Of a stretch of 64,000 nucleotides of DNA, positions 54,847 to 64,000 are shown in pieces. Position numbers and translations under genes: made by a program. Positions within the stretch are counted from its first letter, which is position 1, and each line of letters starts with the position of its first letter. This stretch comes from Cyclobacteriaceae bacterium (GTDB lineage: Bacteria; Bacteroidota; Bacteroidia; Cytophagales; Cyclobacteriaceae), in NCBI GenBank assembly GCA_044222145.1, contig JBGANU010000008.1, forward strand, positions 18,216 to 82,215, written 5' to 3'. Below the pieces are notes generated by a model, which searched no databases, was not told where the DNA came from, and saw only the letters and a list, made by a program, of their open reading frames with translations.

Positions 54847-56076
54847 CTAGTGATGGAGTTTTCCGTCAAGTGAAAAGAGGGGAGTCATTTCCCGTTGACC
54901 GCTCATGTGTTGAGCAACCCACTCGCCCAGGGCAGGCCCATGTTTAAAACCATGACCAGAGCCACCACCCAGAAACCAAAGATTGTTAGCTTCGGGATGA
55001 TTGTCGAATAGAAAATTTCCATCGGGAGAATTTTCATAAGGGCACACACGACTTTCTACTAGCGGAGCATTTCTGAGAGCAGGAAAACGATTGGCCAAGA
55101 AAGTACGCGCATGCAAAAGCACCTCGGGCTTTACTATCCGTTCTCCGTTTGTTGGATCAAAGTCTTCGCCTCGTTTGTCAACTCCGATTTTAAATCCGCG
55201 GCTTGCGTTTCCCGGAATGCCATAATAAAAGTCTTTTCCATCCAGATCAATCCAGGCCGGCATATTATCGAATTGATGTGATAGTTCTTTTGGAACTCCA
55301 AAGTAGTAGGCTTCCTGTTTGCTGCACGTGATTACGTTGCCCAACACCTCAGGAAACGTTTTGCCCAGCCACGATCCACAGGCAAAGATGAAGGCATCGG
55401 CTGTTAGTGTTTCGCCAGTATGCAATTGAATGTCTTGAATTTTTCCGGAAGAAATTTTTCCAGGTGTAACAAACGCCTGAATAAAATTGCCACCCTCTTT
55501 AATATAAGCATCCAAAACTGACTGACAGCTTTCTCTCGCTTTTAAGTATCCGCCAAACGGATCATGCCAGGCGTGATGCAAGTCATCGGTATTGATAATG
55601 GGATATTTCTTTTTGATGTCGGCTGTCGTCAGATAGTCATATTCCATCTTATGTTTTATAGAGAATGGAATAGAGTCATCGATCAGAGGTGATCTCTCGT
55701 CATAGCAAAACCATAAGACCCCTGCAGGGTAAAAAAGCTTACGACCGAAGCGTTCTTGATTTTCTTTCCATAGTTCAAGAGCGCGAACGTTTAGATCAAA
55801 ATAGGTTTCATTGCCGCCATACGTTGAGCGTATTACCCTGGTCTCATCACCAGAACTGGACCTCGAATTACCAGCACCCCACGCATCAATTAATGTTACC
55901 TGAAAACCACTCCTTAATAAATAGAGTGCCGACCATCCACCAAACGCACCCGCGCCAATAACTACAACTTTGGACTTGGGTGATAGCCCGGAGAATGACT
56001 GCTTTCTTCCTTTCAAAGCGGAGGCAGGTGCGAACGTATTGGTATTCGGAAGAGGATGTTGTGAATCAGTTTTCAA
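54847..56076 (-). CDS. FAD-dependent oxidoreductase (DAO/sarcosine oxidase-like)
   Basis: It has the dinucleotide-binding motif VVVIGAGAFGGWSA and is 409 aa long. Confidence 0.8.
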   Translation of the reverse strand: MKTDSQHPLPNTNTFAPASALKGRKQSFSGLSPKSKVVVIGAGAFGGWSALYLLRSGFQVTLIDAWGAGNSRSSSGDETRVIRSTYGGNETYFDLNVRALELWKENQERFGRKLFYPAGVLWFCYDERSPLIDDSIPFSIKHKMEYDYLTTADIKKKYPIINTDDLHHAWHDPFGGYLKARESCQSVLDAYIKEGGNFIQAFVTPGKISSGKIQDIQLHTGETLTADAFIFACGSWLGKTFPEVLGNVITCSKQEAYYFGVPKELSHQFDNMPAWIDLDGKDFYYGIPGNASRGFKIGVDKRGEDFDPTNGERIVKPEVLLHARTFLANRFPALRNAPLVESRVCPYENSPDGNFLFDNHPEANNLWFLGGGSGHGFKHGPALGEWVAQHMSGQREMTPLFSLDGKLHH

Positions 56077-56179
56077 ATTTGAAATTCAGTTTAAGCAAAT
56101 TTAATGTGGACAAGTTAAAAGCCTAGTCCATATCGGTGGTACAAATCTTTGCGAAAAATAAATGCACCTATTGCCAATA

Positions 56180-56629
56180 TTACTTTAATGGAGGTTCACT
56201 CCTTTCTTCTTTTGCCACTGAACGTATAACAAACAGCGCGCTGATGATAACGATGTTCTTGATAATATACTGCCCAACCAATGTGAGTGCAATAGGGGCG
56301 GATGAAAATGAAAGTCCCGGCAGCAGGAATAATGGAGTGAACGTGCAGATCATGTGAACCAATACAATACGAGTCACTATTTTCGGATAAACTCCAATTA
56401 GCAGGAGCAATCCAATTACAGTTTCCCATATGGCGAGAAGCAACAGCGACAAGTTTGGTTCAATCCATCCAAAGGTGAGAAGATGAATCGTTTCTTTTGC
56501 CAGGTCTTCAGCCGGACTGACACCGGGAAAAAATTTTAGCATCCCAAACCAGAGATAAATGATTCCAATGCTAATACGAAGAATAACAATCCAACGCTCA
56601 AAGTTCTTGTTGATTAACAGGGTTTGCAT
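56180..56629 (-). CDS. Four-TM DoxX/YkgB-like membrane protein
   Basis: This is a 149-aa protein with four hydrophobic helices. The family assignment is tentative. Confidence 0.5.
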   Translation of the reverse strand: MQTLLINKNFERWIVILRISIGIIYLWFGMLKFFPGVSPAEDLAKETIHLLTFGWIEPNLSLLLLAIWETVIGLLLLIGVYPKIVTRIVLVHMICTFTPLFLLPGLSFSSAPIALTLVGQYIIKNIVIISALFVIRSVAKEERSEPPLK

Positions 56630-56928
56630 GACAATTTTTTTGTTGCTAAGATGAACTGCGTGTTTCTAATTATCTATGACTTTAGTCAGGGAGAATCTGA
56701 CGTGCCATTTGAGAAACCTGTTAACATTCCGGTTGACATGAGATCAGGACTCGTTAATCCGTGCTGTTGATAGAATTCCCGGTGTCAGTTTTTCCGTTTA
56801 CAGCAAATATTTTCCATTCACCATCGGTTTTTAACCAAAAGATTGGTTAGTTTTAATTAAGATGAATGAAATTGAGGTCGCTATTTTTTTACCGATCGTT
56901 TCATTAATCACCACCTAAACAACCTACT

Positions 56929-59748
56929 ATGAAAAGAATACTACAAACCGTAGCGCTCTTGCTGCTCGTCACTCATTGGGCTGTCGCCCAGGAGCGAACG
57001 GTAAGCGGAACCGTCAAAGACAAAGCAACCGGCAGCGCATTTCCCGGTGTGAACGTCAGTATTAAGGGTACTTCTACAGGTACCTTGACCGATCAATCCG
57101 GACAATTCTCGTTAAAAGTGACTTCATCAGCCACCACACTAGTGTTTTCATTTGTTGGATTTGCTTCGCAAGAAGTTTCTATTCCCGAATCGGGCACGGT
57201 GTCAATTGAAATGGAGGAAGCCGTATCTCAACTTGATGAAGTTGTAGTGACGGTGGGTCGCGGTACCCTGCGAACCTTTACGGATACTCCGCTGCCAGTT
57301 GATAATTTCACATCAAAGGATTTAACGACTACGGGTCAGTTTACTTTCGATAAGGCGTTACAATATAGAGTGCCTTCTTTCAACACTGTGAACACACCTG
57401 TTAATGATGCGTCTACCTTGTTGGACCCTTATGAAATCAGAAACTTAGGCCCCAGCCGTTTACTCGTTTTGATTAATGGCAAGCGCAAGAATTTGAGCTC
57501 TTTATTATATGTGCAGTTTGCCCCGGGTCGTGGTGAAACAGGTGCAGATCTTTCCGGCATTCCCACACAGGCCATTAAGCGGGTAGAAATCTTAAGAGAC
57601 GGAGCTTCGGCACAATATGGTTCAGATGCAATTGCCGGTGTAATGAACGTCATTCTGAAGGACAAATTTGATTACACTTCTCTGAATGTTACTTCAGGTG
57701 TTACCAGCAAAGGCGATGGTGCGGCTTATGGTCTTGCATTCAACAGTGGCAGCAACATTGGAAAAGGGGGATTCTTTAACTATACGATTGGCGTCAATCA
57801 ACAGGATAACGCAGTTCGGTCCGGTACCATAGATGTGCTGACAGAAATCGCCACGTTTGGTACCTACACGGGTCCAAATTCGGCAGCCGATCCTGCTAAC
57901 GCAAACATTGTAAATTACTTAAAAGTGAATCCAACAGGAGGAAACATAAACGGAACGGGTGCAACCTCTGCATCAAAATTCCTGGCCAATTTTGGAATAC
58001 CAACAAGTGAGACGGGAATGTTCTATGGCAATGCCGCATTTGTAGCCAAAAAAGTTTTTAGTAATGCCAACTATCGTGTGCCCTATTGGAAAGTTGATTA
58101 TGGATTGCTTCACACACCTGTTTCGGGAGGTGCTAACTACACGGGTGATAACACACTGAGCAGCGATGGAGTTACGCCTCTATACGCAGGCTATATGGGA
58201 TACATGCCAACCTTCGAAGGTGATCTGAGAGATTACAATGCAACGGCCGGTTTTAAAAATGAGACCAATGGTTGGAAACATGACGTGAGTATTACAGTGG
58301 GCGGCAATCAGCAAACCTATACCGTCAACAACACGGTGAATCATACCTTAGGTGCAAAAGGTCCTACCTCGTATAAGCCAGGTGGCTTTAGCTTCAAACA
58401 CGTTGTCGGTAACTTTGATGCTACCAAGGCCATTGCCAGCAATTTTAATATTGGCTTAGGTTCCGAGGTTAGAAGTGAGACGTATCAGATTATCGCAGGC
58501 GACACCGCCTCTTATTACGGATCTGGTGCCAACTCTTTCCCTGGTATCCGGGCTGAGAATGCGAGGACCAACAGTCGTTTTAACATGGGTGCCTATGCAG
58601 ATGCAACATGGGACATCACCGATAACTTCCTGATTGCCGCAACGGGCCGCGCAGAAAAGTACAGCGACTTTGGAAACGCACAAGTGGGTAAGGTCTCCAG
58701 CCGTTTAAAGACCTCAGATGATAAGTTTGTGTTTCGGGCTTCTATGTCATCGGGATTCAGAGCTCCAACCCTTCATCAGATATACGCTCAGTCAACACAG
58801 GCAAGTTTTGCCGGTGGTACAATCGTTCAGTCAGGTTTGTTCAACAACGGCAGTCGCGAAGCTTATGCACTGGGCATTCCTAAATTAAAGGCGGAGAAAT
58901 CTGTCAACTTTACTGCCGGTTTGGGATTGAATCCAACGAGAGATTTGAGCGTGACCCTGGATTATTATGACATCACCATCAGCGACAGAATTGTGTACAG
59001 CTCTTCGATCACAACAGATGATCGCCTGCTGGCAAACCCGACCACATCACTGGGAAGAATTCTGAAGGCTGGCGACTTAACAAGCGTTCAATTCTTTATT
59101 AATGGGATCAAGACCAGAACAAAAGGTTTGGACTTTGTAGCTCATTATAAGGGCATTGATTTGGGAACTGGTAAGTTGGCAATTAACCTGGCCAGCAACT
59201 ACACTCTATCTAATGAAATTATTGGAGCTCCTAACGATCCCAAAGCCATCAAAGATGCAGGCGCAACAATTTTGAATGCGCAGGTTCGGTCAATCCTCAC
59301 GGAAGGCCGTCCGAAGTATAAGGCCATCCTGGGCTTTGATTATAGTCTCCGAAAATTCAATGTGGTATTGAACAACACATTGTTCGGCCCAACTAAGTTT
59401 CAGGACATCGACAATGGTGGAGCCGTGATGAACAACATCAAGCAGGTATTTTCTCCGGCTGTGGTCACCGACCTGAACGTGGGTTATGCATTCTCAGAAC
59501 ATATCTCTGCTTCCTTCACGGTAAATAACTTGTTTAATGTTTTGCCAAAGTGGAAACTTGAGCTGACCGGCAATTCTTCTGATCCGGATTATGCAGCGGC
59601 TCAGGCTACGCTTGAAAGCCCAACGGATAAAGCATTGCTGGAGGGCTTCCTGGAGTTCAGTGGTCGTTATAGAATCCTTGGATACAACGGTTCTCAATTC
59701 AGTCAATTAGGTACCATGTTTATGGGACAATTGACTTTTAAATTCTAA
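56929..59748 (+). CDS. TonB-dependent receptor with an N-terminal CarboxypepD_reg domain
   Basis: It has a signal sequence, VSGTVKDKATGSAFPGVNVSIKGT, plug motifs (RVEILRDGASAQYGSDAIAGVMN) and a terminal aromatic residue (TFKF). Confidence 0.9.
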   Translation: MKRILQTVALLLLVTHWAVAQERTVSGTVKDKATGSAFPGVNVSIKGTSTGTLTDQSGQFSLKVTSSATTLVFSFVGFASQEVSIPESGTVSIEMEEAVSQLDEVVVTVGRGTLRTFTDTPLPVDNFTSKDLTTTGQFTFDKALQYRVPSFNTVNTPVNDASTLLDPYEIRNLGPSRLLVLINGKRKNLSSLLYVQFAPGRGETGADLSGIPTQAIKRVEILRDGASAQYGSDAIAGVMNVILKDKFDYTSLNVTSGVTSKGDGAAYGLAFNSGSNIGKGGFFNYTIGVNQQDNAVRSGTIDVLTEIATFGTYTGPNSAADPANANIVNYLKVNPTGGNINGTGATSASKFLANFGIPTSETGMFYGNAAFVAKKVFSNANYRVPYWKVDYGLLHTPVSGGANYTGDNTLSSDGVTPLYAGYMGYMPTFEGDLRDYNATAGFKNETNGWKHDVSITVGGNQQTYTVNNTVNHTLGAKGPTSYKPGGFSFKHVVGNFDATKAIASNFNIGLGSEVRSETYQIIAGDTASYYGSGANSFPGIRAENARTNSRFNMGAYADATWDITDNFLIAATGRAEKYSDFGNAQVGKVSSRLKTSDDKFVFRASMSSGFRAPTLHQIYAQSTQASFAGGTIVQSGLFNNGSREAYALGIPKLKAEKSVNFTAGLGLNPTRDLSVTLDYYDITISDRIVYSSSITTDDRLLANPTTSLGRILKAGDLTSVQFFINGIKTRTKGLDFVAHYKGIDLGTGKLAINLASNYTLSNEIIGAPNDPKAIKDAGATILNAQVRSILTEGRPKYKAILGFDYSLRKFNVVLNNTLFGPTKFQDIDNGGAVMNNIKQVFSPAVVTDLNVGYAFSEHISASFTVNNLFNVLPKWKLELTGNSSDPDYAAAQATLESPTDKALLEGFLEFSGRYRILGYNGSQFSQLGTMFMGQLTFKF

Positions 59749-59768
59749 CTGGAAACAGATGTAACAGG

Positions 59769-59799
59769 AAGGCTGCTCGTTAAACGGGCAGCCTTTTTT
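59769..59799. terminator. Bidirectional terminator between convergent genes
   Basis: The sequence is AAGGCTGC-11 nt-GCAGCCTT followed by TTTT. Confidence 0.7.
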
Positions 59800-59819
59800 A
59801 TGTCCATTCTGAATGCTTC

Positions 59820-60821
59820 TTATTTCGGTTGATCAAAGAAACCCATTTGTTGTAAGAAGGAAAGCTGATCGAAGAAGGTAACTGACTTTACCACCTTGCC
59901 GTCTAAAAATTCCAGTCGGGTGGAATTTTTTAGTGTGTACGGCTTTCCGCGCATGTAGTCTGGCACCTCTTTTTCAAGATTCACCATGGTGCCACTGGAC
60001 GTGTATTCTATCACGACAGAATTTCCGTTGTCAAGCACCATATTATTAATGGTGTATTTCAAATCGGGTGACGTGGCAAAGTATCGCCCATATTTTTCAC
60101 GAACGGCTTCGTGCCCTTTGGCCCTGCCTTCCCAACCAGATGATTCTAATTGAGCGCTGTCTGAATAAAGTTTCACAAGTGCATTAACATCATGTTTGTT
60201 CAGTGCGTCAAAGTGCTGTCGCACCAGGGTTGCCAGCTCTGGAGTTTTCGGTGCATCGGGCCCAATTTTTAAGTCACGCACAACCATACTTCCCAATAAG
60301 ACTGTATAGAGAATGATCACGATGGTTTTGTGAAGCCATTCATATCGATAGTTTTTTACGACAATAAGTCCAAGTGCCGCCACGAGAATGAGTTGATTAA
60401 ACTGTTCCGTAATTTTGAAATGACTGATCAGCAAATTTTCAGACAGAGCCAGTAAAGCGAGCACCATCACGCCAATAAAAAACTTCTTATAATTCTGGAA
60501 GTAGAATTCGCGAAAGTCAGTTGCCGGTTCACCGCTGCCAAATGGAAATAGAATGCGGGCGAGTATGAACAGACTGATCGGATAGAGAATGACAAATAAG
60601 AAACGCGACAATTCCCATGTTTCAATTTTTTGTAGGTCATAGATAACCCACCATTCTTCCACGTGAAGAAAAAAGACAAAGACAATCCACAGCACGTGCG
60701 GCCAGTACAACTTTATTCGAGGCCATTGGTGCACCATGTCGGCTACACCCGTCACAATTTGTGTGATTCCCAAACCTAAAATGATGGAAATGAGGACAGT
60801 TACGTATTCGAAGGGTGTCAT
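59820..60821 (-). CDS. Membrane protein with a C-terminal NTF2/SnoaL-like domain
   Basis: It has about 6 TM helices followed by LVRQHFDALNKHDVNALVKLYSDSAQLES. Confidence 0.65.
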   Translation of the reverse strand: MTPFEYVTVLISIILGLGITQIVTGVADMVHQWPRIKLYWPHVLWIVFVFFLHVEEWWVIYDLQKIETWELSRFLFVILYPISLFILARILFPFGSGEPATDFREFYFQNYKKFFIGVMVLALLALSENLLISHFKITEQFNQLILVAALGLIVVKNYRYEWLHKTIVIILYTVLLGSMVVRDLKIGPDAPKTPELATLVRQHFDALNKHDVNALVKLYSDSAQLESSGWEGRAKGHEAVREKYGRYFATSPDLKYTINNMVLDNGNSVVIEYTSSGTMVNLEKEVPDYMRGKPYTLKNSTRLEFLDGKVVKSVTFFDQLSFLQQMGFFDQPK

Positions 60822-61030
60822 GATGCAATCTAGTTTACCTTCAATTTATATTCATTCTAAATTGCTTCTTTTATGAAGTTATCCACACTCTTGTGTAAGT
60901 CAGTCTTTCTAAAATTTCTGGTTGAACAACGATCCAAAATATTCGGGGTGGTGGATAAAATAAATTTGAAATAATGCATTCTCAGTGTAGATTTGTGCGC
61001 TCCGCATAAAATCGGAAACCTAATCTTACC

Positions 61031-62263
61031 ATGATGAAGTTACAAATCTCTGGTCTATCAAAACTCTTCGCGTTAGTTCTGCTCATCACCCTTAGTTTTT
61101 CAACATCAGCTCAGGAAATTTCAAAAGACCCTGCCGCTATTAGCGCGGGTGAAGCACTTTTCAATGGAAATTGCAAAAGCTGCCATCGGGTAAAAACGAA
61201 ATTGATTGGTCCTGCACTGGCCGGAGTTGAAACACGCGTACCATCCATTGATTGGATCAAAGCCTGGATACGCAATTCGCAAAAGGTGATAGCCAGTGGC
61301 GATGAATATGCCGTAAAAATTTACAATGAGAACAACAAGGGCGTAATGACTGCCTTCGCCTACTCGGATGATCAGATCATGAACATCCTGGCCTATGTGA
61401 AATCGGAGGCTGAGAAAGTTGAAGCCGTTGCAACCACAGGGCCTGCCGGTGGATCGGGTCAATCAGGTGAAGCGGGTGTTCCTTCCGGATATCTTGATAT
61501 AATTCTGGTAGGAATGATCGTCATTCTGGTACTGCTTTTAGTCATTCTTGCCTTAATTGTAAACGCTCTTAAGAAATACCTCGATCAAAAAACTCTTTCG
61601 GCTGAAGAAAAGGAAGTGGTGAACTCGCCCTACACATTCAGTTCAATTGTTTCGAGTACACCTTTCATTTTCATAGTGGTGTTTCTTGTAGCGGGTATTT
61701 CGTTTAAGACAATCATCGATGGACTTTATTCAATTGGGGTGCAGCGCGGCTATCAGCCAAAACAACCAATCGCCTTTTCACATAAGATACATGCTGGCAC
61801 ATATGAGATCAACTGTAAGTATTGCCACACCGGGGTGATGAAGAACAAGAGCGCGAATATCCCTTCGCCAAACATTTGTATGAACTGCCACTCGCAAATC
61901 AAAGTGGGCACCAACACAGGTGAAGCAGAGATTGCAAAAATTTATGCTGCTATTGAAAACAACAAGCCGATCGAATGGGTGCGTGTTCACAACCTCCCAG
62001 ATTTGGCTTACTTCAATCACGCTCAGCACGTTAACGTGGGTGGAATTGAATGCCAAACCTGCCACGGGCCGATTCAGGAAATGGATGTGGTGAAGCAATA
62101 TTCTTTGCTAACCATGGGCTGGTGTATTGATTGTCATCGCAAGACCGACATCAACACAAAAGGCAATGCTTATTATGATAAACTTCTGGAACTCCACAAC
62201 AGCAAGAAACCAATGAAGGTGGAAGACAACGGAGGTTTGGAATGTGCAAAGTGTCATTACTAG
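61031..62263 (+). CDS. actA: Alternative complex III subunit ActA-like multiheme cytochrome c fused to a mono-heme cytochrome c domain
   Basis: It has six CxxCH motifs (CKSCH, CKYCH, CMNCH, CQTCH, CIDCH, CAKCH) and a TM segment. It lies immediately upstream of an ActB-like gene. Confidence 0.8.
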   Translation: MMKLQISGLSKLFALVLLITLSFSTSAQEISKDPAAISAGEALFNGNCKSCHRVKTKLIGPALAGVETRVPSIDWIKAWIRNSQKVIASGDEYAVKIYNENNKGVMTAFAYSDDQIMNILAYVKSEAEKVEAVATTGPAGGSGQSGEAGVPSGYLDIILVGMIVILVLLLVILALIVNALKKYLDQKTLSAEEKEVVNSPYTFSSIVSSTPFIFIVVFLVAGISFKTIIDGLYSIGVQRGYQPKQPIAFSHKIHAGTYEINCKYCHTGVMKNKSANIPSPNICMNCHSQIKVGTNTGEAEIAKIYAAIENNKPIEWVRVHNLPDLAYFNHAQHVNVGGIECQTCHGPIQEMDVVKQYSLLTMGWCIDCHRKTDINTKGNAYYDKLLELHNSKKPMKVEDNGGLECAKCHY

Positions 62264-62307
62264 GTCATTATTAATATAAACGATTACGATTCTTCGATTC
62301 TGAAAAT

Positions 62308-64000
62308 ATGAGTGAGATTAAAAAGACATATTGGAAAGGCCTGTCGCAACTCAAGAACGATTCGGACTATGTAAAACATGCCGATAAGGAGTTTGTAGAT
62401 ATGGGTGTTGAGAATGATCCCCGCCACAGCAGGAGAGACTTCTTGAAAATGATGGGATTCAGCGTTTCGGCTGCCACTCTGGCGGCTTGCGAGGCTCCCA
62501 TCAGAAAGGCAATCCCCTATGTAAACAAGCCCGTTGATGTTGATCCTAGTATTGCTAACTATTACGCGTCCACATATACAAATGGAGGCGATTATTGCAG
62601 TATTGTAGTAAAGACTCGCGAAGGTCGTCCCATCAAAGTAGATGGTAACAGTCTTTCAACAGTTACAAAGGGAGGCACAAGCGCTCAGGTAGAGGCTTCG
62701 GTATTGAGCCTTTATGACAACTATCGCTTGCGCGGACCTCGTGCCGGAGAGAAATCTTCCGATTGGGAAACTATCGATAAAGAAATCATAGCGAAGTTGG
62801 GTGAGGTTGCAGGTAAAGGAGGGCAGATACGCATTGTTAGCAATACGTTGTTGAGCCCAAGTGCAAAAGCTGCGATTGAAAAATTCAAGGCCAAGTATCC
62901 AACCACGCAACATGTTCAGTATGATCAGACTTCTTACTATGGACTGTTGAAATCCAACGAAGAATCTTTTGGCAAGGCCATGATTCCTTCTTATGATTTT
63001 TCAAAAGCGAATACGATTGTCAGTGTGGGTGCTGATTTCCTGGGTACCTGGTTATCGCCAATTGAATTCACAAAGCAATATGCTGTGAATCGCGAGGTGA
63101 CCGAAGAAAAGCAAGACATGTCGCGTCACTATCAGTTCGAATCAAATCTTTCACTCACCGGAGCAAACGCAGATTACAGAAGCATGATTAAGCCTTCACA
63201 GGAAGGATTAGTAGTTGCTCAACTTTATAATATTGTTACCGGCAAATCAGATAAAGCCATTGATAAGATTGCTCATCTGGAAAAAGCAGGGCAAGAACTT
63301 CTTGCAAACAAAGGCAAGTCACTGGTGGTGTCTGGTTCGAACGATAAGTTCGTTCAGATTATGGTGAATGCCATCAACGATGCATTAGGCAACTATGGAA
63401 GTACTATACTTCCAAATCAGCCCGTGAATTTCCGTCAGGGCAATGATGAGTTGATGGATGCGCTCGTGACTGAAGTCGAAGGTGGAAAAGTGGATGCCGT
63501 TATTTTCTACAACTGTAACCCAGTATACGATCACCCGAAAGGAGATAAGTTGAGCAAGTCATTGAAGAGTGTGTCACTTTCAATTTCTACCGCCATCACT
63601 CCCGATGAAACAGCGTCTTCTGTTGGCTATATCGCACCCGATCATCATTATTTAGAGTCATGGGGTGATGCTGAGCCAAAGCCAAATTTCTTCAGCCTTT
63701 CGCAACCTGCCATCACGCCTTTATTCAAGACTCGCCATGCAGGTGAGAGTTTTATGGTGTGGGCAGGAGAAACAAATATTGATTACTTCGCTTTCGTCAA
63801 GAATAATTGGAGCACCTGGTTCTCAGCTAAACAAACTACAGGTTTGGATTTTGAGACGTTCTGGGATAAGTGCCTGTATGATGGCGTTCTGGAATTGGGT
63901 GCGGAAGCATATTCACCTGTTTCATTTGCAGGCGATGTGAATGCGGCCATGTCAGCGATCAATTCTACTTACAAAGCAGCAAGCACTGGCTTTGAAGTGG
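62308..64000 (+). CDS. actB: Alternative complex III subunit ActB-like (molybdopterin-oxidoreductase-like, Tat-type signal); the 3' end is outside the window
   Basis: The ATG at 62308 gives MSEIKKTYWKGLSQL...SRRDFLKMMGFSVSAATLAAC. The frame stays open to the window end. It is absent from the ORF track because no stop codon is reached. Confidence 0.8.
   Translation, partial: MSEIKKTYWKGLSQLKNDSDYVKHADKEFVDMGVENDPRHSRRDFLKMMGFSVSAATLAACEAPIRKAIPYVNKPVDVDPSIANYYASTYTNGGDYCSIVVKTREGRPIKVDGNSLSTVTKGGTSAQVEASVLSLYDNYRLRGPRAGEKSSDWETIDKEIIAKLGEVAGKGGQIRIVSNTLLSPSAKAAIEKFKAKYPTTQHVQYDQTSYYGLLKSNEESFGKAMIPSYDFSKANTIVSVGADFLGTWLSPIEFTKQYAVNREVTEEKQDMSRHYQFESNLSLTGANADYRSMIKPSQEGLVVAQLYNIVTGKSDKAIDKIAHLEKAGQELLANKGKSLVVSGSNDKFVQIMVNAINDALGNYGSTILPNQPVNFRQGNDELMDALVTEVEGGKVDAVIFYNCNPVYDHPKGDKLSKSLKSVSLSISTAITPDETASSVGYIAPDHHYLESWGDAEPKPNFFSLSQPAITPLFKTRHAGESFMVWAGETNIDYFAFVKNNWSTWFSAKQTTGLDFETFWDKCLYDGVLELGAEAYSPVSFAGDVNAAMSAINSTYKAASTGFEV

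Noticed and set aside
56630-56928. I considered a riboswitch in the 300-nt region upstream of the TonB-dependent receptor.
   Set aside because: I could not find the conserved cores of the cobalamin, TPP or other classes I know. Only a short hairpin (TAACCA-aaaga-TGGTTA) is present. It needs cmscan rather than eyeballing.

Overview
This window looks like a Bacteroidota chromosome segment. Supporting signs are a T9SS C-terminal sorting domain, a CarboxypepD_reg-type TonB receptor, an alternative complex III operon, many lipoprotein signal peptides and TAnnTTTG-type -7 boxes. All calls come from reading motifs in the supplied translations and DNA; no database search was possible.

The left 33.7 kb reads as cargo of an integrated island. 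From left to right it holds:
- a Cu-type P1B ATPase (truncated by the window edge)
- a thioredoxin-like protein
- a run of His/Cys-rich small proteins plus HupE/UreJ
- a czcA-tolC-czcB RND efflux operon
- a NicO-like membrane protein coupled to a Zn/Cd-type P1B ATPase
- an AsmA-like protein
- a MerR-type regulator divergent from a MerF/MerT-like CC-motif membrane protein and a secreted CC protein, with no merA
- a tightly packed 7-gene minus-strand operon built around an ArsR-rhodanese fusion and a rhodanese-MBL persulfide dioxygenase
- a membrane AraC regulator
- a sterol desaturase fused to two DUF2147 domains
- an erythromycin-esterase-family lipoprotein
- a RadC / Xis-like HTH / tyrosine integrase module

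That module abuts an orphan tRNA 3' end followed by an intact terminator at 33.72-33.78 kb, which I read as a putative attR. No intact tRNA is visible to the left, so the island probably starts outside the window.

The right 30 kb looks like core genome:
- a TPR-LuxR regulator
- a 2580-aa T9SS subtilase
- a large lipoprotein
- YHS, DUF3761 and CHY small proteins
- Csp
- a class A beta-lactamase-like protein
- SDR, ABC-F, GalM and an FAD oxidase
- a TonB-dependent receptor
- ActA and ActB

No rRNA, intact tRNA, CRISPR array or transposase was seen.

The most interesting items are:
- the att junction
- the merA-less MerR module with its long-spacer promoter
- the cysteine-free ArsR domain fused to rhodanese
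- a duplicated about 140-nt gene-start plus leader (YHS)
- several statistically unusual intergenic repeat architectures

None of these can be called novel without database searches.
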